18,552 nucleotides of DNA from Octopus sinensis. Taxonomy: Eukaryota. Positions 1-8,403 of this stretch are shown piece by piece (positions within the stretch are counted from its first letter, which is position 1; each line of letters starts with the position of its first letter). Below the pieces are notes generated by a model that searched no databases, was not told the DNA's origin, and saw nothing but the letters and a program-made list of their open reading frames with translations. Where the stretch lies: positions 1 to 18,552 of the forward strand of contig NW_021824250.1 of NCBI RefSeq assembly GCF_006345805.1, given 5' to 3'. A program made the translations under genes and the position numbers.

Positions 1-186
1 CAGATGGACGGGACGCCAGTCCATCGCAGCGTTACTCTCATTTTTTGCCTGCCAGCTGAGTGGACTGGAGCAACGTGAAACGAAGTGTTTTGCTCAACAA
101 CACAACGCATCGCCCGGTTCAGGAATCGAAACCACAATCTTACGATCATGATACTGACACCCTAACCACTAAACCACGCGCCTCCA
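1..186 (-). mobile_element. tRNA-derived SINE, family C (tRNA head + CORE-like + V-domain-like segment); cut by the window start
   Basis: The reverse complement reads ggaggcgcgtggtttagtggttagg (A-box-like)...gtttcgattcc (B-box-like)...gttgtgttgttgagcaaaacacttc...tgcgatggactggcgtcccgtccatctg. It is homologous by eye to 307-595 and 3736-3940. Confidence 0.85.
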
Positions 187-220
187 TATATATATATATA
201 TATATATATACATACATACA

Positions 221-256
<36 letters not shown>

Positions 257-300
257 TATATATATGTGTGTTGTGTGTGTGTGTGTGTGTGTGTGTGTCT
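187..300. repeat. Compound microsatellite (TA)n-(TACA)n-(TA)n-(TG)n
   Basis: Seen directly; lies between two divergently oriented SINE heads. Confidence 0.97.
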
Positions 301-306
301 GTCTGC

Positions 307-595
307 GAAGGCGCGTGGCCGACTGGTTAGGATGTTGCACAGGCGATCGCAAGGTCGCAGTTCCGATTCCCAGATTGGCGGAGCGTTGTGTTCTCGAGTA
401 AAACCCTTCATTTCACGTTGCTTCAGTCTACTCAGCTGTCAATGGGTATCACCGCGACGGCCTAGCGTTCCGTTCAATGGAAATGCTGGTCTGCCTCCCC
501 GGCCAGTGGGGCGGCTTCATTTGAAAACGACAAGAGTGAGAGGAAGCGCATTGTGACCAACGGTGTATAATAATATCCGATACTCTGATCGATAC
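307..595 (+). mobile_element. tRNA-derived SINE, family C, diverged copy
   Basis: gaaggcgcgtggccgactggttagg...gttccgattccc...gcgttgtgttctcgagtaaaacccttcatttcacgttgcttcagtctactcagctg aligns with the copies at 1-186 and 3736-3940. The 3' boundary is approximate. Confidence 0.8.
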
Positions 596-606
596 AATGA
601 TTTGTG

Positions 607-653
607 CACACACACACATGTATATATATATGTATATGTATATGTATATATAT

Positions 654-690
<37 letters not shown>

Positions 691-965
691 ATCTGTGTGT
701 GTGTGTCTGTGTGTGTGTCTGTGTGTGCGTATGTATATATATATATTTGTCCGTATGTATACATTTATGTATGGATGTATTTATGTATGTAAGAATGTAT
801 GTATATATGTTTATGCTTATGCATTTGTGTATGTATGTAAAACATGTACATTTAACTGTACATGTATGTTAGTTTTTAGTCTTCACAGATATAGGCACGC
901 ACATACACACGCACATACACACACACATACACAGGCACACACACACACTCACACACACATACACA
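607..965. repeat. Compound microsatellite field (CA/TA/TG/TATG, then CA)
   Basis: Seen directly; the source of several spurious ORFs. Confidence 0.95.
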
Positions 966-1289
966 TCTATCATTTGGAACAATGTCGGAAATATTTTATG
1001 CAAGTTACTGATATGGTGTATATTATCCAAAGTATTCATATATTTATTTACCACCGTTTGCTGTATGCTGGAAATTGTGAGGAAGAAAGTATTCTTTCCT
1101 TGAGGGAGCGTCTGCATATAACCGAGAGGCTTGTTAACAATGACATTCCATTCATTTCCTATATGGATTTCCTTTTGATGTTGTTTATTTCCAATGCTTG
1201 TAGAATCAGAAAACCATCTTGCAAAAAAAAAAAAGCAACGGTCTTGAAAAAAAAATACAACGTCCTGGGTTCGATTCCCGCTGGGATCG

Positions 1290-1575
1290 ACTGTGATTTG
1301 TCATCTTCCAAGAGTCTGTAAGATAATCAACATTCCAGTTCCGGTATTGAGCCAATTGACTGTCTTGATATGTGTGGCCATTTTGGTGAAGATGATGTTG
1401 TCTACCATGAAGTCCAGCTGTTCTTGCATTGTGTAGTCGCTCATGTACCTCACTGACACGGAGAAGTTCCAAGCAGTGACTCTAATACTGAACAGGTCAA
1501 AGGATAGAAACCAGGCTAATATGGACCACCTGTGCTCAGAGGTAAAAATGGGTTTGCATAGGGACAACACCACGA
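1290..1575 (-). pseudogene. Possible highly degraded Penelope-like reverse transcriptase fragment
   Basis: Minus-strand frames give WFLSFDLFS...QEQLDFMVDNIIF and, after a frameshift, QNGHTYQ. These loosely resemble the Penelope-like (PLE) RT motifs SFDVxSLF and LLxFCLxNxYFxFNGxxYxQ. Motif spacing is shorter than typical. Confidence 0.3.
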
Positions 1576-1699
1576 CCTTCGAAAAAAAACCAGCTACAAA
1601 AGCATTGATTACAATTCAAAACCTGGCTGAGAACAGTAGAGAAAAGTCGTTGGTGTCCTATACTTCATAGGGAGCGAAGAGCTTAACTAAATGGCGTTC

Positions 1700-1812
1700 T
1701 AGAAATGGCAAGAGCGCCGGAAAAAATGCTTTGTGGTATTTTGTTATATTCCTTAAAGTTCTGGGTTCAAATTCCATGGTCGTCTATACCTTTCAGACAA
1801 CAAAAGTCGATG
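1700..1812 (+). mobile_element. Degenerate 5' part of SINE family B
   Basis: gagcgccggaaaaaatgctttgtggtatttt...gttctgggttcaaattcc...cctttc...aaaagtcgat matches the head of the family B copies at 2371-2846. Confidence 0.55.
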
Positions 1813-1830
1813 TCTTCGTTGTACTTCGAT

Positions 1831-2044
1831 TTACTCTTTTTACTCTTTTACTTGTTTCAGTCATTTGACTACTGCCATGCTGGAGCACCGCCTTTAGTCG
1901 AGAAAATCAACCCAGGATTTTGTAAGCCAAGTACTTATTCTATCGGTCACTTTTGCCGAACCGCTAAGTTATGGGGACGTAAACACACCAGCATCGGTTG
2001 TCAGGCGATGCTGGGTGGACAAACACAGACACACAACACACACA

Positions 2045-2089
<45 letters not shown>

Positions 2090-2162
2090 ATCTATATACA
2101 TATGCATATATACGACTGGCTTCTTTCAGTTTCTTTCTACCAAATCCACTCACAAGGATTTG
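1831..2162 (-). mobile_element. SINE family A (microsatellite-containing), 5'-truncated
   Basis: Tail (ttactctttt)n plus cttgtttcagtcatttgact...gaaccgctaag...acaccagcatcggttgtca, an internal (CA)n, then cttctttcagtttc...accaaatccactcacaagg. Colinear with 5365-5812 and 12761-13178, but lacks the tRNA head. Confidence 0.92.
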
Positions 2163-2179
2163 TACAAGAAGTCATGTAC

Positions 2180-2366
2180 ATGCACAGGTCTAGCAAGTTT
2201 GGGCGTGGGGATGTAAGTCGACCCCAGTGCTCAACTGGTACTTATTTTATCGACCCCGAAAGGAGGAATAACAAAGTCGACCTTGACGGAATTTCAGTTC
2301 TCAACACGTAAAGACGGACGTAATGTCGCAAAGCATTTTGCTCAGCGTCCAAAAAATTCTGTCGCT
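2180..2366 (-). mobile_element. SINE family B copy 1 of tandem trio
   Basis: gtcgaccccagtgctcaactggtacttattttatcgaccccgaaagg...aaagtcgaccttgacggaattt; the same core recurs at 2371, 2612, 16178, 17133 and 17845. Confidence 0.85.
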
Positions 2367-2370
2367 TTAA

Positions 2371-2586
2371 TAATAACGGTTTCAAATTTTTGCACAAGAC
2401 GAGCAATTTCGGGGGAGGGTCTAGTCGATTACATCGGTTCCAGCGCTCAACTGGTACTTATTTTACCGTTCCCGAAAGGATGAATGGCAAAGTGGACATC
2501 GGCGGAATTTGAACTCAGATCAGTAAAGACGAACGAAATGCCGCTAAGCATTTTGCACGGTGTGCTAACGATTCTGGCAGCTCGCC
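2371..2586 (-). mobile_element. SINE family B copy 2, near full length
   Basis: On the minus strand: head ggcgagctgccagaatcgttagcac..., B-box gagttcaaattcc, the family core, and tail ...cttgtgcaaaaatttgaaaccgttatta. Confidence 0.9.
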
Positions 2587-2611
2587 ATCTTCCCATGATA
2601 CTAAAATTACT

Positions 2612-2846
2612 ATCTATTTCTTTACTACCCACAAGGGGCTAAACACAGAGGGGACAAACAAGGACAGACAAACGGATTAAGTCGATTACATCGACTCCAG
2701 TGCGTAACTGGTACTTAATTTATCGACCCCGAAAGGATGAAAGTCAAAGTCGATCTCGGCGGAATTTGAACTCAGAACGTAGCGGCAGACGAAATACGGC
2801 AACGCATTTCGCCCGGCGTGCTAACGTTTCTGCCAGCTCGCCGCCT
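2612..2846 (-). mobile_element. SINE family B copy 3, with alternative 3' tail
   Basis: Head aggcggcgagctggcagaaacgttagcacgccgggcgaaatgcg, B-box gagttcaaattcc and the family core. The 3' segment (ttgtctgtccttgtttgtcccctctgtgtttagccccttgtgggtagtaaagaaatag) differs from copies 1 and 2. Confidence 0.9.
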
Positions 2847-3085
2847 AATATTACTATCATTGTCAACTCACCTTGGAAGTAAATGAGGAAAACGCAACTG
2901 AACCACTTGATTCTACTAAAAATAGCAGCTAAATCGTTTTCACATAATACTCAACTGTCTCTCAAAAAAGGGAAGGGCACGCTGAATAATATAGTCCTAG
3001 ATACGCAGTCTGGACCACAAAAACACGAGAAATAAATAAATAAATAAATAAATAAAAAGACAACAGAGAAATAAAGAACAACAAC

Positions 3086-3426
3086 TCTCTCTCTCTCTAT
3101 CCGCTCAGTCGAAGTCGACACTCGGTCACTCGTTGGATCAGTGTCCTCCAGTCAGTTCTATCCTGGGCCGCTTCTTTCAGATTGGCTATGTCCATTCCGG
3201 TATCACTCTTGATGGTGTCAAGCCAGCGGGTTCTTGGTCAACCTCTTCCTCTCTTGCCACTGACCATTCCGAGCATGATGTCCTTCTCCAGGGATTTTCT
3301 CCGCATAATATGACCGAAATATGCCAATCTATGCTTGGTGATCCTAGATTCTAGCAACATTTTCGGCCTTATCTGCTTAAGAACTTCTCCATTGGTGAGC
3401 CTCCTTGTCCGTGGAATCCGTAAAAG
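3086..3426 (-). mobile_element. 5'-truncated RTE-clade LINE (C-terminus of ORF + (AG)n tail), with 11-bp TSD
   Basis: Manual translation of the minus strand: LLRIPRTRRLTNGEVLKQIRPKMLLESRITKHRLAYFGHIMRRKSLEKDIMLGMVSGKRGRG*PRTRWLDTIKSDTGMDIANLKEAAQDRTDWRTLIQRVTECRLRLSG*, a typical RTE/BovB-like C-terminus (YFGHIMR, GKRxRGRPRxRW). The direct repeat agaacaacaac lies at 3075-3085 and 3427-3437. Confidence 0.95.
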
Positions 3427-3735
3427 AGAACAACAACAACAACACTAATAATATTAATTAAGATGGATCGTCAAGATTTGAATGTTTTTAATCATGTCGG
3501 ATCAGTTAGGACTAAACACTTTCAATGTGCAAGAATCTCAGGTGATTTGCAATCTATTCTATTCATACAAATAACGAATTCCACCCTACAAGACGCCAAC
3601 ATCAAAATGTGAGTCCGTGACCGACACGCTCAAACGATATCAACACTTACCCAATAAATAGTTTTACAACACTCACGAACAACACTCAACTATTCTTTTC
3701 TCCGTAGATAAGTCTTAGCTAATGTCTTTATAAGT

Positions 3736-3940
3736 AGAGGCTCATGGCTTAGTGGTTAGAGTGTCGGACTCATGATCGTAGGACTGTGGTTTCGATTCCT
3801 GGACTGATCGAGGTGTTGTGTTCTTGAGCAAAGCACTTCATTTTATACTGCTCCACTTCACTCAGATGGTAAAATGAGTAATCCTGCGATGGGTCATCGT
3901 CCCGTCCAGGTGGGGAATATGTATGCCATAGAGGCTGTAT
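3736..3940 (+). mobile_element. tRNA-derived SINE, family C
   Basis: A-box tggcttagtgg, B-box-like gtttcgattcc, CORE-like gttgtgttcttgagcaaagcacttc, V-domain-like cctgcgatgggtcatcgtcccgtccagg. Confidence 0.88.
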
Positions 3941-4109
3941 CTCAACCGTACAAAACCCTACACTAAACACTGTCGCACATCCTTCAGAAGAGTTTGGCTG
4001 CTGGAATTCCTATCCTGTCTCCATTTTCTCTCTATATCAGAACTCACCAAAGTTCAAGCTGAATATCAAATTTCACTCTGCAGAAGCGATGAGGAATATA
4101 AAGTTCATG

Positions 4110-5066
4110 ACCCCCCTCCCCTCCCCCTCCTCCTGCCGCTGCTGTTCCTCTTCCATCACTCCACCTCCTCCTCCTTCTACTCCCCTCTTCCCATCCTCCT
4201 TCTTCTGCTGCTGCTGCTCCTCCGCCACCTCCAACATCCCGGCGTCCTCATCATCGTCCCACTCCTCCTCGTCTTCATGCTACTGCGGCTCCTCTTTCCC
4301 CTCTTCCTCTCCTCCCCTCGTTCTCCTTCTTCTGCTCTTCCTTCTGCTCTTCCTGCTCCTCCTGCTTCTACTTCTCTTCGTCTTCTTGCTCCTTCCCCCT
4401 CCTCTTCCCCTGCCCCTCTTCTTCATCTTCTTTCTCCTCCTCTTCCACTTCCTCCTCCTCCTCCTCCTTTTTAACTTCCTCCTCCTCCTCCTCTTCCACT
4501 TCCTCCTCCTCCTTCTTTTCCACTTCCTCCTCCTCCTTCTTTTCCACTTCCTCCTCTCCTTCTTTTTCACTTCCTGCTCCTCCTGCTCCTCCTGCTCCTC
4601 CTCCTCCTCTTCCACTTACTCCTCCTCCTTCTTTTCCACTTCCTCCTCCTCCTTCTTTTCCACTTCCTCCTCCTCCTCTTCCACTTCCTCCTCCTCCTTC
4701 TTTTCCACTTCCTCCTCCTCCTCTTCCACTTCCTCCTCCTCCTTCATTTCCACTTCCTCCTCCTCCTCTTCCACTTCTCCTCCACCTCCCACTCTTCCTC
4801 CTTTTCGTCTTTCACCTTTTCTTCTTTCTTCTTTTCTTCTTCTTCTTCTTCTTCTTCTTCTTCTTCTTCTTCTTCCTCCTTCCTTTCTTTCTACTCCTTC
4901 TGCTCCTCTTGCTCTTGCTCTCCTGCTTCTTATCTTACTCCTCCTGTTTCTCCTGTTTCTCCTGATTCTGCTCTTCCAGCTCCTGCTCCTGCCGCTGCCC
5001 CTCCTCCTCCTCCTCTTCTTCCTCCTCCTCTTCTTCCTCCACCACCACCTCCTCCTCCTCCTCCTC

Positions 5067-5109
<43 letters not shown>

Positions 5110-5125
5110 ACTACTACTACTACTT
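4110..5125. repeat. ~1-kb polypyrimidine low-complexity tract (TCC/TTC/CTG triplets, ~21-24 bp ttccacttcctcctcctcc units, terminal (TAC)n)
   Basis: The plus strand is overwhelmingly C/T; the unit ttttccacttcctcctcc recurs many times between ~4440 and 4780. Confidence 0.97.
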
Positions 5126-5364
5126 CATCCATTAAAATTTATCAGAGCAAAGGCAACCATCATTTTATTGCATTCGACTCCACTTAATTGCATAGACTCG
5201 GAGACAGGAATCCACACAGACAATTAAGTGGGTTACATAATTAACAGATTCTGCGTAGGAAGCTATAAATCTCGAGGTTTCAAAACCCTGTCATTAGGGA
5301 AAGTATTTTGACCATATTGCACGTGTATTTAAAAACAAGAGTAAAAACTATTTTTGTTTTGCTT

Positions 5365-5523
5365 GGAGTGGCTGTGTGGTAAGTAGCTTGCTAACCAACC
5401 ACATGGTTCCGGGTTCAGTCCCACTGCGTGGCATCTTGGGCAAGTGTCTTCTGCTATAGCCCCGGGCCGACCAATGCCTTGTGAGTGGATTTGGTAGACA
5501 GAAACTGAAAGAAGCCTGTCGTA

Positions 5524-5600
<77 letters not shown>

Positions 5601-5812
5601 GTATGTGTGTATGTGTTTGTCCCCCTAGCATTGCTTGACAACCGATGCTGGTGTGTTTACGTCCCCGTCACTTAGCGGTTCGGCGAAAGAGACCGATAGA
5701 ATAAGTACTGGGCTTACAAAGAATAAGTCCCGGGGTCGATTTGCTCGACTAAAGGCGGTGCTCCAGCATGGCCGCAGTCAAATGACTGAAACAAGTAAAA
5801 GAGTAAAAGAGA
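5365..5812 (+). mobile_element. SINE family A, full length, internal (AT)n/(GT)n microsatellite
   Basis: tRNA-like head ggagtggctgtgtggtaag...gggttcagtccc, CORE-like cttgggcaagtgtcttc, internal microsatellite ~5521-5613, 3' tail gactgaaacaagtaaaagagtaaaagag. Confidence 0.95.
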
Positions 5813-6104
5813 GATGTAATAAGTATCTATTGATTTATTTAAGCTCTGTCTGTAATGTCAAGTTCATTACTCTATAAGACAACAACTGTGTGCGCATAAT
5901 CTTTATTCAATCTATTGCAATCATGTTCTCTCTCTTTCTTTCCTTTTGTTTGGCTGAAGCGGGAAGATCAAAAATGGCTTGAAAGTCATAAAATGCCGGC
6001 AGGAAATAACATCACTAGGTGAGACAAGCTGACACTGAATTAGCTTCTCTGGTTGACAGGTGACGGTCGGTTAGAGAATGCGTGGACTAAGACTACGCGC
6101 CTTC

Positions 6105-6185
6105 ATTGGTCAGTTAAAGTTGAGACAGGGTCACGTGACAACTTGCTGGGGCTGCCTGCTGGAGCCTATGCGGCAGGTATTTAAA
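6105..6185 (+). promoter_or_regulatory. Pol II promoter-like cluster (inverted CCAAT, palindromic E-box GTCACGTGAC, TATA-like TATTTAAA), probably in an LTR-like repeat
   Basis: ATTGG at 6105-6109, GTCACGTGAC at 6130-6139, TATTTAAA at 6178-6185, in canonical order within a locally GC-richer island. Confidence 0.4.
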
Positions 6186-6325
6186 GGGAAAAAATTTGAC
6201 AAGACAGTCAGTCGCCCGCTGACACTCGTTGACGCTACATCGAAGAGGTCAGGGAACAGAAGAAAGAAGCAGAAAGAACACCAGAGCTGAAGACACCGCT
6301 GAAAAAGGGGATCCCGCCACGTCAA

Positions 6326-6435
6326 AACGGTAGAGGAGTAGGGGCCGAAACCGGACGTGGTTCCTCCTGATGATGTCTTGAGCTAACTGGATCCTATAAA
6401 GGAGCTGTTGTGATAACAGACCATGAAACACGGTT
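6326..6435 (+). ncRNA. Candidate type III hammerhead-like ribozyme motif
   Basis: aacgg-UA-gaggag...ttcctc-CUGAUGA-tgtct...agaccat-GAAA-cacggtt. Stem I gaggag/ttcctc is good; stems II and III are imperfect. Confidence 0.35.
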
Positions 6436-7317
6436 GAAATTCCGCTGGTAATGTTAATTTTCCAAACGTTACAGTTCTAACATTACACGCTATGAAACAA
6501 AAAAGGATAGATCATAAACAGAAAATACTTTCATACTTTATAGAATTTCCCTCAGAAATAGACGATTGACTGTGGAAGCAGTACAAAGATTGCAAGGTTA
6601 CAATTAACATATACAACACACGCACGTCAAAAATACAAATACAATAGCGTACAAATCTAAGGCTCTAACGGTCAAATTCTGTCAAGAAAGTTGTATAAAT
6701 GTTAGCTGCTCAGTATAAAAAGGGCAATACAAAAACCAAACCCATTCTACGTCCTGAAAATGAGACTGAGAAATCATGGAGAGGTTGATAAAGATGAAAG
6801 TAAGAACTTTACTGCTTCAAACTAATACAACTTGCTTGTTTTTCCCTTATTTGTCTATGGAGCGGTTACCTTCCCTGTCAGCATATATGTATACTTTCTG
6901 CGCTCCTCCTACAACATTAAGAGTATTTTAACTTTTATTTCTAGCAATGTATGTGCTCCGGCATCCTAAGCCACGCTTAGGGACGAGTGAATTTTTCCTT
7001 TATAGTATCACATTGCGTCTGACTGTTTATAATAGTTTATTTATGTATTTTTCGTCCTTCTCCACCGTCCTGAGTCACACTTTGCATCGTTTTGCTTTGC
7101 ATCGTTTTGTTTTGTTTTGTTTGCTCTCGGCCCTAGTTCTCCAATATCAAAAAATTTTTTTGAGGGTACCGTCAATTGCGAAGTCCTCGGTCTTATCATT
7201 AATGGCACGAAACCGAATATTAACAATTGTTTGATAAACGAAGAATTAGGGACCTTCTATGTTTGTCTCCCCTCCGGTTTTACGACCAGTATACGTGATG
7301 TCGTTTGTTTATTTACC

Positions 7318-7396
7318 ATACATACATACATACATACATACATACATACATACATACATACATACATACATACATACATACATGCATACACACACA

Positions 7397-7450
<54 letters not shown>
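7318..7450. repeat. (TACA)n-(CA)n-(TA)n microsatellite
   Basis: Seen directly. Confidence 0.97.
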
Positions 7451-7783
7451 TTAAATAATGAGGGAGATAAATTAATATTAATTTTAATATCAATTTAAAA
7501 CCAGTAGTCCAGCATACAAAAAATCTGAGAAGTCAGAGAAAATTCTAATATATGTGTATATTGGCAGGGCAAGACTGCTAGGTAGTCGGCCATATGCTAG
7601 AAATAGATCATCAACGATCAAACTACAAAGGAAGTTCTCTAGAGAAAAAATTCAGCGAACACCAGAACCAAATTTGGCGGGCACATATACAGGGAGAATT
7701 CACGAAGAAAAGAAAAGACGAAGACAGGTGGTGTAGAAAACCCCCCAGATGTATTAGTATAACGCTCGGGAATTGAAAATGTT

Positions 7784-7818
7784 TTTTACGTTTCGAGCCT
7801 ACGCTCTTCCACAGAAAG
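7784..7818 (-). ncRNA. Degenerate minimal type I hammerhead-like motif (Penelope-type)
   Basis: Minus strand: cttt-CUGUGGA-a-GAGC-gtag-GCTC-GAAA-CG-UA-aaa. Stem II is perfect, stem III is the palindrome ACGU, and the core has A6>U. Confidence 0.5.
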
Positions 7819-7860
7819 GAAGACAGAAAGAAACAAGGAGAGAGAAAATGTGTGTAGTGG

Positions 7861-7862
<2 letters not shown>

Positions 7863-7894
<32 letters not shown>
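7863..7894. repeat. (TA)n microsatellite
   Basis: Seen directly; a similar (TA)n lies at 8124-8153. Confidence 0.97.
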
Positions 7895-7898
<4 letters not shown>

Positions 7899-7917
7899 TC
7901 GCTAAGATAAATATTTC

Positions 7918-7992
7918 AATTACCTGAAGATTGACTGTAACCATAACTCGAATTATTACGAATTGGACAACCATGAAACGATCGTAGTGTTT
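7918..7992 (+). ncRNA. Minimal type I hammerhead-like motif with intact core
   Basis: aattac-CUGAAGA-[imperfect ~44-nt stem II]-GAAA-cgatcg-UA-gtgttt. Stem III is the palindrome ACGATCGT and the cleavage triplet is GUA. Confidence 0.5.
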
Positions 7993-8120
7993 TACTCATT
8001 ATCCTTTATTAAACTTTTAATAATTTTGATATATATTTAAAATGATATAAATTAATTAATTTTATGTATTGACTTAAGTTTTCCATTGTTTGATTTGCCT
8101 AATAGTGGTTTTATCTCCAA

Positions 8121-8157
<37 letters not shown>

Positions 8158-8265
8158 CACCTTCACATAAACACACACGCTTGCGTGCACACTTTCGTCA
8201 AGTTACTTTCATTCAACCACTTCTTTCCAGTCAATTCGATTTTCCAGTCAATTCGACAAACATAC

Positions 8266-8371
8266 ATGTATGTATGTATGTATGCATGGATGTATGTATG
8301 CATGCATGTATGTATGTATGTATGTATGTATGTATGTATGTATGTATGTATGTATTATGTATGTATGTATG

Positions 8372-8400
<29 letters not shown>
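8266..8400. repeat. (TATG)n microsatellite
   Basis: Seen directly. Confidence 0.97.

Positions 8401-8403
<3 letters not shown>

Noticed and set aside
1052-1217. Minus-strand 166-nt exon candidate after a poly-T tract
   Set aside because: The acceptor is AAG, the length is not frame-symmetric, the peptide is unrecognisable, and the poly-A run is likely a retroposon remnant.
60-1321. Multiple ORFs of 60-250 aa with YI/HT/CV/VC runs (also near 2000, 5350-5680, 7120-7500, 8090-8430, 9900-10550 and 17450-17920)
   Set aside because: These are translations of di- and tetranucleotide microsatellites and SINE bodies.
3736-3810. Bona fide tRNA genes at SINE heads (also 5365, 2770-2846 and 13110-13178)
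   Set aside because: A and B boxes are present, but acceptor stems do not close and each runs into a shared SINE body.
3985-4095. LINE RT-like words (AGIPILSPFSLYI) and a strong-looking splice acceptor at 4040
   Set aside because: There is no QG or YADD motif in a consistent frame, and no downstream donor before the pyrimidine tract.
4089-5135. 348-aa ORF (poly-S/poly-L) and overlapping antisense poly-E/K/R ORF
   Set aside because: A C/T-only strand can hardly contain stop codons, so the length is a compositional artefact; no domain is recognisable.
5815-6473. Defined solo LTR around the promoter-like island (tgtaat...gttaca)
   Set aside because: Neither candidate left end (5815 or 5851) gives a TSD matching the right flank.
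6965-6981. Perfect hairpin cctaagc-cac-gcttagg as a Helitron 3' end
   Set aside because: The nearest CTAG on the minus strand is ~20 nt away and followed by A rather than T, and no matching 5' end was found.
7500-7740. GIY-YIG endonuclease remnant (VYIGRARLLGSR)
   Set aside because: Only a YIG-like tripeptide is present, with no upstream GIY and no RxxEH motif in frame; too weak without a profile search.
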